Source of the DNA: Eledone cirrhosa
Lineage: Eukaryota
Direction of reading: 5' to 3'
Length of the DNA stretch: 64,000 nucleotides
Assembly: GCA_964016885.1 (NCBI GenBank)
Contig: OZ024741.1
Location: 92,938,001-93,002,000, forward strand
The notes beneath the pieces are model-generated. The model searched no databases. It saw only the letters and a program-made list of their open reading frames with translations, and was not told the origin of the DNA. A program made the translations under genes and the position numbers. Below are positions 46,508 to 56,663 of this stretch, in pieces (within the stretch, counting starts at the first letter, position 1; each line of letters begins with the position of its first letter).

Positions 46508-48807
46508 CATGCTAGCATGGAAGATAGACATTAATCAATGATGAGGATGATGATGAAGGCTTAATAGGCATTGCTCAAAATGCACATAATTTCAACTTCG
46601 CTCAAACAACTGGACACACCCTTGCCCAAACGGTTTGGAGGTCTCGGTCTATGCAAATACACATCTTTGTCTCTACCCTGTTTTCTTTCCTCCATCCACA
46701 CTTGCTCCCCTTTAGTGGGTGACATCCTCTCGTTCCCAACTTGGACTAGTTCCACCAGGGAGTTGGATAAAGCTTTACTACAGCGGAGACAGCTGGGTTT
46801 GTCAGTTCCCGTTATTGATGAGGATAGATGGAAGCAGAGAGTATGTGACAATCTGCGTTTGAGGGAAACTTTCAACTCTCCCTTTGATCATTCCGATCAA
46901 TTTTGTAGGTGCTACTTACTTTCTGCAAGCACAAAGTTCTCGGGAGACTGGATTGATGCCCTGCCTATCGCCAGCATTGGTGGCCTTTTCAGCCAGGACA
47001 AGCTCCGCATCTCCATTGCACTTCACGTTGAAGCTGACGTCTTTGGGGGTCTGAGATGCCACTGTGGTAGGTCCCTCGACTCCACAGGTCTACATGGTTT
47101 GTCCTGCCACCTGAATACTGGTTGTTTTGCAGGCCACACCAAGTTAAACATGATCATCAAACAGGCCCTGGTAAATATCCCCTCAATTCTGGAGCTGCTG
47201 GTTTATCCAGAAGTGATGGGAAGAAACCAGACAGCTTTACAGTTTGTCCTTGGGTAAGAGGTAGGTGTCTCATCTGGGATGCCACAGTCAGTGACTCTTT
47301 TGCTCCCCACTCACATGGATGCTGTGGTAAATGTGGTGGTCACTGCTTGCGTTGCCTAACGGAATAAGATTTCGGAAATACCTGGATTTAATTATTTTTT
47401 CCAGTCTCTGGTTTTCGAGACATTTGGTAGAGTTGGGCCACTGACAGTGAAGTTCTTGTCATTGCTGGCGGTTTGGCTTACTAAGGTGTTTGGTGATGCC
47501 CGTGAGGATGTCTGGTTTTTTCAGCATCTTAGTCTTGCCATCACCCGTGGCAATGTTGTGAGCGTATTGGCTTGCTTCAAATTAATAAGTTAACCCCTAA
47601 GATGTGATGTGCGGCTGATTGTCACACTTGGTGAATTGCTGTCCCCCTCCCTTTTTCTTTTTTATGTTTTTTTTTTTATTTCTCTTTTATGCATTTATAT
47701 TTGTATATATTATTTGTGTTTGTGTTTTCGTTCTGTAAGCATTATATTATTACATTTTTATACAACTGAATAAAAGATTTATTTTTTCAAACATTAAAAA
47801 AAAACCCCCCAAAACACATTGCTATATATTTAACATCTTTTTTTCCATGTTGGAGGGGTCGTCACAAACGCAAATTAGTACTTAATTGCAGCTATTATCA
47901 TTCCAGACAAGCAAGAGGCCCACATCTCATTTATATGCATTCTGGTTTTGGCAGTTTTCTACAGCTGGATTCCTTTTCTAACAACCACTTTACAATGTGT
48001 GTTTATTGTGTAGATAAGCAACAGTGACACAAAAAGTATAGAGGTTGTCATGTCCATGACATACATGAAGAGTCAGCTCAATGCTTATCTTTAATTTCTG
48101 TAATATTTAGTAACTTGAAATTTATTAACAATAATTAACGCAAGGCTGTAGCGGCTTTGAAGAGTGTTTGCTCGGCAAAATCCTTAATCTATTGGGCTTT
48201 ACATGAGTGGCAAGGAGAGCCATTCAGTCAGAGCGAAACCGCGAAGAAAACCAGCAGCTGGTTGCTGTTAGGTTGCAAGTCAGAATCTGACCAACTCTGG
48301 CTGGATCATCTGGAGAGATAAAGTAATATAACTTTATTATTTATCTGTTTGTAACATAATGATGAACAGAGAGCCAGTTGTAGTTATATGACCTGTCTTG
48401 TCTCAAACCATGTCAGCATGGAAAATGGACGTAACTTATGATTTTAGCTCATTTGATACCAAACTGCCTCCAGTTTTATGAAACAAAATAACCTATTTTA
48501 AAGGAAAAGTCTCACATTATTTGACATTCCCTTTTGTTAAATTATAATACAAATAACATCTTAATAAAATAATTATTTTAGTAATCCCTCCAAATTCATT
48601 CTTCATTAATTAATTCAAATACAATGTATTTCATTATAAATAAGGTAATGAAACGGTTAAAACAAACAGCTTAAAAGTAGGAGTGATTTGGTATCAAAAA
48701 GGATTAAATTTGGTAATTTTGTTCTGAGTGTTCTTGTCCACTGTAAACTTTTGTTTGTTGAAGTAAGTGAATAATTTTATCAGTGTATTACATTATTTTC
48801 TTTACAG

Positions 48808-48935
48808 GTATAATTGCAACTATCACACGTTTTTGCAAAAGTTGCATATTACGGATAACACTTGAAAAATTATATTTCATTATATTGGAGAAAGCTTTAC
48901 ATGGTGGTGCCAAAGTATGGTGTGAGCTGTTTCAA
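48808..48935 (+). CDS. HUS1: HUS1 exon 2 (IIATITRFCKSCILRITLEKLYFII...GGAKVWCELFQ)
   Basis: tttacag acceptor and gtaaat donor; 128 nt, frame-compatible with exon 1; C-x-LRI and GG-x-x-x-WCEL motifs of HUS1. Confidence 0.95.
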
Positions 48936-49006
48936 GTAAATATTATATCAATTATTACAATAAGTTTGAGAGTAACATTTATTACTTTGGCTTCACAAGT
49001 TTATTG

Positions 49007-52000
49007 ACCTATTGGCTAACACAACCCCATCTCCCCCCGCTCCCCACCTTTCCCACCCCCCAAACGCAATCCAAAACTTCAGATTTGGTACCTTGAATGT
49101 AGGCACCTTAAAGGGTCGCTCTAACGAGGTTGTAGAAATGCTTGAACGTAAGGAGGTCGATGTTTGTTGTATTCAAGAGACCAGGTGGAGGGGTGGATCT
49201 GCTAGATTCATTGTGGGTAGAAAACGATGCTATAAGCTTTTCTGGGTGGGAAATGACAATGGGCTGGGTGGGGTAGGAATCATGGTAGCAGAAAAGTGGG
49301 CAGATAAGATAATAGACGTAAATAGAGTGAACGACAGAATAATTAAAATAAGACTTGTCCTCAATAGAACCACGGTGACAGTAATATCCGTGTACGCACC
49401 CCAATCCGGACTGCCCAGCACTATAAAAGACAGATTCTATGAGACACTGATGCTCACTACCTCCCAAATAACCGACAGTGACTATATAATTATTGCAGGC
49501 GACCTAAACGGTCACGTTGGACAACATTGTGACGGCTACGATGAAATCCATGAAGGCTATGGGTTTGGTACTAGAAATGAGGAAGGCTCCAGAATCCTGG
49601 AATTCTGTGACGCAAATAACCTAACTATCTGCAACACTAACTTCAAAAAACGAGACAATCACTTGATCACCTACAGATCAGGGGAACATACCAGCCAGGT
49701 AGATTATATCCTTACCAGAAGACGTGACAAAAAAGTGACTGTTGTAAACACTAAATCCCTCCCCCATGAAGAATGCACCTCCCAACATAGACTGATAATT
49801 AGCGACCTAATAGTCAGGACGAGACGTACTAGGCAACAGAAGAGGACTACCCTCAGGAGAAAAATATGTAAGCTAAAGGACCCCACAGCCAAAAATAAAT
49901 TCCAAAGCATATTACTTGATGCTTTCGACAGTAAGGAAGAGCAATTAGAGTCGTACAAGGTAGAGGAACAGTGGGAATTCCTGAAAGCAAACCTGCTGAT
50001 GGCGACAGACGAAGTCTGTGGCTGGAGCAGGCCTGTAGGCAGGAGGAGAGTAACATGGTGGTGGAACAGTAAGGTGGAGGGGTCAATTAAGGCCAAAAAG
50101 CAGGCTTGGAAAGTATGGCGGGATGGGGGAAGCAGAGAAGACTATCAAGTGGCCAGGAGGGAAGCTAGGAGACAAGTGTACTTCGCAAGAAGGGAAGCAG
50201 AGGAAAGAAAGTTCAAGCATGTTCTACAACGTGAGGTGTTCAGGATTGCTAGGCAATGTGTCAAGGAAAACAGTGATATTGTCGGGGAGAGGTGTGTACT
50301 TAACGATGACGGCGTACTTGCCATCACCGACGCCGATAAGAAGGTAGCTTGGAAGTGTCACTATGAAAGGCTACTAAATGAGGAGAATAAATGGGAGAAA
50401 GACAGTCTCCCCCACATCGACCCAATAGAGGGACCAGCAGTGTTAGTCGAGGGTAGTATAATAAGTAAGGCAATCAAAGATATGAAGACAGGCAAAGCGG
50501 CTGGGCCTTCGGAAATAGTTGCTGAGATGCTGAAGGCATCTGATACGGTGGGACACACCATGGTCACCCGGATAGTCAACCAAGTCATACAGAATGGGGT
50601 TGTTCCGAAGGACTGGCGTAGCAGCATTATCGTTAACTGTTATAAGGGTAAAGGAGATGCCCTAGATAGGAGTAACTATAGAGGCATTAAATTAATCGAC
50701 CAGGTCATGAAGGTCATGGAAAAAGTAATAGCGCAACTAATCAGAGAGCGAATTGATGTAGATGAAATGCAGTTCGGGTTTGTGTCAGGAAAAAGTACCA
50801 CAGACGCTCTTTTCATTGTACGACAACTACAGGAGAAGTACCTAGCTAAAAGTAAACCCCTATACTTAGCTTTCGTCGATTTGGAGAAGGCCTTCGACAG
50901 AGTCCCCCTTTCCATTATCTGGTGGGCTCTTAGAAAACTAGGTGTTGATGAATGGCTTGTGAGAGCTATACAAGCCATGTATAAAGAAACAGTCAGCAAG
51001 GTTAGAATTAACAACGAATATAGTGAAGAGTTTAGTGTAAAAGTTGGTGTTCATCAGGGCTCTGTTCTTAGCCCCCTACTATTTATTATTGCCCCTCAGG
51101 CTATAACAGTGGAGTTCAAGACCGGCTGCCCATGGGAACTCCTATACGCAGATGATCTAACGCTCATAGCTGAATCAATGGCCGAGCTAGAGAAGAAATT
51201 CCAAACATGGAAGCACGGCCTAGAATCAAAAGGACTTAAAATTAACCTGGCTAAGACTAAAGTTCTAGTTTGTAAGAAAGATAATAAGGCGGCGGTCCCC
51301 TCCGGGAAGTGGCCATGTGCAGAGTGTAGGAAAGGCGTAGGTAGAAATTCCATTTTGTGTCCCAAATGCAAAGTTTGGGTTCATAAAAGATGTAGTGGGA
51401 TCACAGGTAAGCTAACTAAGAACATAGATTTTACATGTGGCCGGTGTTCTGGCGCAATAAGTAGCAGCAAGTGCCCACAAAATACTAGCTCTTTCAACTG
51501 CGCAGAGGGTTCTATAGAAATAGTGGACAGCTTCCGTTACCTGGGTGACAAAATCAGCAGTGGGGGAGGGTGCTCTGAAAGTACAGTAGCTAGAGTCAGA
51601 ACTGGGTGGAAAAAGTTCAGAGAGCTTATACCACTATTAGCCACTAAAGGGTTCTCCCTAAAAATGAAAGGCAGGTTGTACGATGCCTGCATACGAACAG
51701 CAATGTTGCATGGCAGTGAGACCTGGGCATTGTGTGCAGAGGATATACGCAGACTAGAGAGAAACGAAGCTTGCATGCTCCGCTGGATGTGTAATAGTAA
51801 TATACGTGAACGGCAAAGCATAAACGAACTAAGGAAAAAATTAGAAATAAGAGGGATCAGATGTTGTTTACTAGAGAGAAGGCTACGTTGGTATGGTCAC
51901 GTGATGCGCATGAAGGACGATAGCTGTATAACAAAGTGCAGGGCAATAAAGATAGACGGTAGCCACGGAATAGGCAGACCCAGAAAAACCTGGGACGAGC

Positions 52001-52456
52001 TGATAAACTCCGACCTCACACACTTACACCTCACCAAGACAATGTCACTGGACCGAGACCTTTGGCGGTACTCAGTAATAGTGAAGACCCGCCTTACCTA
52101 AATACAAAGTAAAACCTACTACAGTCAGTAGGCATCTCTAACAAAATACACCCCCCCCCCCTTCTATGTAAAGTTATGTTGGTGCCACACCATCCAGGCC
52201 GAAAGAAATGAGATCGTGTAGGTGTCACGACAAAAAAACACACAGTCCACGCTGTAATGTGGCCGTGTAGGCAACACGGTAAAAACCTCCCAGACCGACA
52301 CTGTAAATGTGGTTGGTGTTAGGAAGGGCATCCAACTAGAAAACCTGCCAGACAGTCCTATGCGAGCAAGACAATCACTCTTGCCTCAAGTGGGAAAACC
52401 CCCGTCCAAACCCATGCAAGCGTGGAACACGGACGTTAAACGTTGATGATGATGAT
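49007..52456 (+). mobile_element. RTE-clade LINE, near full length, uninterrupted APE endonuclease + RT ORF (49012-52101), in HUS1 intron 2
   Basis: GTLNVGTL, IQETRW, YAPQ, GDLNGHVG, QFGF, FVDLEKAFD, HQGSVLSP and YADD motifs; RRLRWYGHV C-terminus; 3'UTR ending in (GAT)n. Confidence 0.96.
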
Positions 52457-53060
52457 TTCTAAAACAATTTGTTTAGATATTTTTCAATACCGTAAATAAG
52501 GCCCACTACTTTGTTTTACAAAGGTAATGACCCTGAATGTTTAGCCAAAAAATAGTTTTGAAAATTTGTTTCTTTTCTGAACATTTTTATTATGGCATTG
52601 GTTTTACTGCAGTGTGGTAGGGTAAGGGGAGAGAACTCAACAGGCAACATGATACTCAAAACAATAACAGCAACAATGCCACAAACAAAATATTTTCTGC
52701 CATGACAGCAATATAGAGCGAGCCATTTTCACCTGAGCTGAAGACAGAAACTTTGAAGAAAAAAAAAGTTTCATAACATTACATGTCGGTCATACTCACA
52801 GTATCAGTTTGAATGAGATTTTAAAACTATATGGATTTATCAACCCTTGTGAGGATGAAATGTAAAATGACCCTGGTAGGATTTGAACTCAGAACATACA
52901 AGACCTGAACTAGTTCTGCAAGGCATTTTGTCTAATGCCCTAACAATTCTGCCAATCCACTACCCTCACATGAACAGTAGTAATGGACATGATGATATTA
53001 GATAATCTGAATTCATATTAAAATATCTAACTGGATTTGACTATTATTTTATACTTTCAG

Positions 53061-53237
53061 GACCATTTCTTTGATGAATATATGCTGGATGGACTTTCTA
53101 AAGATAATGATGAGATCTATTTAGAAATAATTCCTGATAATCTTCTAAAAGCACTAAAAACTGGTCAGACTGCAAAATGGATCAAAATAAAATTGACAAA
53201 AAAACAAGTTCCTTGTCTAACACTTGAAGTGGATTTG
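53061..53237 (+). CDS. HUS1: HUS1 exon 3 (DHFFDEYMLDGLSKDNDEIYLE...KIKLTKKQVPCLTLEVDL)
   Basis: tttcag/gtaaat boundaries; 177 nt; EIYLE, ALKT, KIKLT and PCLT motifs. Confidence 0.96.
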
Positions 53238-53329
53238 GTAAATATTTAACATTTCTCATTTTTGTAAACCATTCTCAGTTGTCATTCTTTTTCACTGCTG
53301 CATATTATGTGGTTAATTTTGACTATTAG

Positions 53330-53635
53330 AGCAGGCATGGTTGTGTGGTTAAGGAGTTTGTTTTGCATAGTTTCTGATTCAGTCCCACTGTGGTACCCAA
53401 GGCAAGTGTCTTTTACTATAGCCTCAGGTTGACCAATGCTGTGTAATTAAAATTTGGTAGATAGAAATTGTAGAAGCCTGTTGTGTCTGTGTTTACATGT
53501 ATCCCTGTCTGTTCCATAACCTAGTGGTTTAACAGAGGGAGATTGATGAAATAAACACCAAACTTGAAACCTATAAGATGGTGCTCCAGCATGGCTGCAA
53601 TCAAATAACTGAAACTAGTTTAAAAAAAAAAAAAA
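53330..53635 (+). mobile_element. tRNA-derived SINE, third family, in HUS1 intron 3 (related pieces at ~30430-30597 - and 57965-58105 -)
   Basis: gcatggttgtgtggttaag head; ttcagtcccactg; ggcaagtgtct..ctatagcc; A-rich tail. Confidence 0.6.
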
Positions 53636-53709
53636 ATAATGTGCAGTGGATTTTTTTCCCCTTTAATATTTAATCGAAGAACAAGAAGATAAAACTTTTT
53701 TTTTTTCAG

Positions 53710-53817
53710 CCTACAGTTTCTGGTCTGAATCGTACTGTAGTCCATGATATGCCTGTCTCAGTACTATCACTACGTCATTGGGCAGATTATGATGAGCCAG
53801 AGGTACCTGATTTTGAT
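53710..53817 (+). CDS. HUS1: HUS1 exon 4 (PTVSGLNRTVVHDMPVSVLSLRHWADYDEPEVPDFD)
   Basis: polyT-cag acceptor and gtgagt donor; 108 nt; R-x-V-x-HD-x-P and EP-x-VPD-x-D motifs. Confidence 0.95.
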
Positions 53818-54370
53818 GTGAGTTCTGCTAACCCTTTCGTTATCATATTTCTAATGAAAAACATGCCCTACCATATTTCTCATGGTTATAGCTAACTATA
53901 AAGTTTTTAAAATATGTTATAGTTGAAAAATTTCTGAAAAGATCAGATGCACAGGATTTTTGAAGCAAAAGACAGCTGGATTTTTTGTCTTCAGTTGGCA
54001 AAAAAAGTGCAGGAGCACATGGTTCCTATTTTGATAGATAATTTTCTTAATACATACATTTCATTAATAAAATAGAAAACTTGCCAAACAAAAGACCGAG
54101 AGCACTCTTTAGTTATGTCAAAGTCATGATAACCCCACAAGTGCTGGTGCCATGATAAAATACGTCCAGTGTACTCTGTATTGTGTGAGAATGTATGTCT
54201 GTAGCTTAAATTAAGTCTTGACTTAGTTAATGACAACCTGTCTAACTTTTGTTAGCGAGAATGAAAGACAAACCTTCAAATAAGACAATTTTCCAAACTT
54301 CTTGTAACATTATTCAACTCTTAAATGATTTTAACTAATTATAAACCTTAATTTTTCTATATACTGACAG

Positions 54371-54445
54371 GTGAGTATAAAGATGCCTGCATTAAAACTT
54401 CTTCGCAATGTTGTTGATAAAATGAAGAGTTTGAGTAATTTTGTG
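54371..54445 (+). CDS. HUS1: HUS1 exon 5 (VSIKMPALKLLRNVVDKMKSLSNFV)
   Basis: ctgacag acceptor and gtgagt donor; 75 nt; resembles VSIYLPVLKTMKSVVEKMKNISN. Confidence 0.95.
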
Positions 54446-54701
54446 GTGAGTATTGTTAATATCCTTACAATATTAGATGTACTCCTTTTTTTTGTGGGAC
54501 TTTCAAGGACTTCACAAGACATTTTTATCCATTATGTGTAGTCAGTGGCAAAGTCTAAAACCCTGTTGAAAATGCCTTAGAGATCAAGAGGTAAAAATTG
54601 TCACTAGCTATACTAGCATTCATTAACTGATCTATTATATTTCTTTTCAAATTTGTGTATTTGTATAAAATTCTGTTTTACTTTTCTTATGAAAATTTTA
54701 G

Positions 54702-54801
54702 ATTGTTTCTGCAAATTATGAAGGTAAAATGAAGTTGATGGTGGAAACCGATGTAGCATCTGTTTGTACTTATTTCAGAGATTTGACAAACCCTAAGTGG
54801 A
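54702..54801 (+). CDS. HUS1: HUS1 exon 6 (IVSANYEGKMKLMVETDVASVCTYFRDLTNPKW)
   Basis: ttttag/gtaagt boundaries; 100 nt; AN-x-x-G, ET and F-x-DL-x-NP motifs. Confidence 0.95.
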
Positions 54802-56077
54802 GTAAGTGTCTTCAACTTCTTTTTTCTTCCTTTGTTTCATTCATAAATGCAATGAACATCTTTTTCTCTTTTAACATCCTGTAATGGTTTAGAAGAAAAT
54901 ATTTAAAAGCAGGTTTGTTAATTTGAATATTTATAGTATCTTTAAAAGTAAAGAAATTGTGAAAATTTAAATTTGTAGTGATCAAGTAAAAACTTCAGGA
55001 TGTTAAGAGTTAATGTGATACAGTGCTTTATTGTACTTTTTAAGAATATCTGGCTAATGTTTCATGTGGTGCAGGATGTTAAGAGTTAAATTTCCAACAA
55101 ATCTGCTTTTTAGAACAGCAAAATCTTCCTTTTGTATATGAAATAGGAACTTTTTTTCTGTTTATTCATGTAAGAAATGGCATTGCCTATGGTCCTTTTA
55201 AGAGCCTTTGAGATAAGTGGGAGGGAAGGAGGAAAGAAGGTATCCTCAAATTGGATGCCAAGCCTGGATTCTGCAATTAATAAATTCTGCTAAAGGCAGT
55301 CAATGGCCAGGTGGTGGTGTTTACCCTTTCATTAGCATATTTATAATGAAAAACTTGATTATTTCAAACTGTTGTTAAAATAATCAAAAATTTGGAGGGA
55401 TTAGTATCATAACTTTCTCATTATTTATCTGATGGTTAACAAAAGTTCTTGCATAAAATTATGATGGGAGGATTTTAACCCATGTCAGCATGGAGGAGCA
55501 AACATTAAATTGTGATTATGATAATAAACAATTTCAAGTAGTTTGGTATCAAAAGGGTTAAACTGAGCATCGGATGAAGTTTTCCTATTAGTTCTTTTTA
55601 TCCTTTCATAACATATGACCCAACCATCTCATTCCATTTCTCTTCACATTTGTCTTCCTCTCTTTAACTCATTTTTTCCTTGTGGCCATATATGATTTCT
55701 TCCCTTAGTATTTGACACTTAGCTCCTTTTCTTTTGACACTACCTCCCAAAGCCAAATAGTGAGAATCAATAATTTTTTAACATAACCATACCAAATTTG
55801 TTCTAGGTATCTTATGGTCAAACATCTTAACACTAGGCCACATGTCTTCACAATTAAATCACTTTACCCTGTTGTGACCATATTTCTAATGATAAATACT
55901 ATCTATGATTTTCAAATAATACTGAAAATTATCAACGATTAAGATGTATTTAGTAATATAACATTCTCATCATTAAGTTGGTTTTCATAAAATTATGATG
56001 GCAGGGTTTTAGATAAATATAAACAGTTTTGTATTGTAGAACCAGAGGAAGCTTCAAGCAGCTGGGTATCAAATGGG

Positions 56078-56304
56078 TTAATCCTTTAGCATTTACATTA
56101 CTCTATATTTACTATTGTATTTTCGTGGTAAAGGCTTTATCTCACATAAGTGTTTCACATTATATCAAATCTATGCGATTTTGATGTTATTTATTTTGAG
56201 AACAATACTTTAACATCACTATGAGAAGCCAGTTATGGATAGTTTGAACAGAAAGAAGTGAGAATTCTTGCCAGATATGGCTGGTTTAAATGCTAAAGGG
56301 TTAA
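56078..56304. mobile_element. piggyBac-like MITE (TTAA-flanked); related degenerate copies at ~22360-22606, 48445-48705, 28800-29272, 55300-56080 and 20621-21290
   Basis: ttaa-tcctttagcattta ... taaatgctaaaggg-ttaa. Confidence 0.6.
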
Positions 56305-56531
56305 AGAATAAATAAATCTCTTGTTTTAACCCTTTTAACATTTAAACCAGCCAGAATTCTCTCACCTCTTTCTGTTCAAACCGACTGTAAGTGGCTCATA
56401 CTGATGTTAAGGTATTGTTCTCAAAATCTCATAGATTTGATATAATGTGAATTTTAAATGGTTGAATTATTTAATAAACATTTGTCTCTATATTTGAGAA
56501 ATAAATATTTTGTTCTTGTTAAATTTTCCAG

Positions 56532-56663
56532 AGGACAAAAATAGTGATATGATTCAGTCATCCTCTAAAGATCCTTCTGAATTCTCTGAAGTGAGAGTAG
56601 ATCTCAGAAAATTTGCTCAGTTTCTTAATGGTCTCCAGTTGAACCCATCACGTGTTATTTGTA
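56532..56663 (+). CDS. HUS1: HUS1 exon 7 (DKNSDMIQSSSKDPSEFSEVRVDLRKFAQFLNGLQLNPSRVIC); terminal exon not found in window
   Basis: ttccag/gtaagt boundaries; 132 nt, phase 1-1; EV-x-x-D-x-RK-x-x-QFL-x-G-x-Q-x-NP motif. Confidence 0.94.

Larger units (their letters stand above)
44430..47590 (+). mobile_element. Degenerate CRE-like (RLE) non-LTR retrotransposon in HUS1 intron 1, split by younger insertions (45350-46595)
   Basis: LDLRNAFNSISR, GVQQGDPLG..LF, YLDD, LP..GGLGL, CHCG..HGLSC, KPD..PW..G..WDATV.D, FETFG and LSLAITRGN motifs. Confidence 0.82.
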
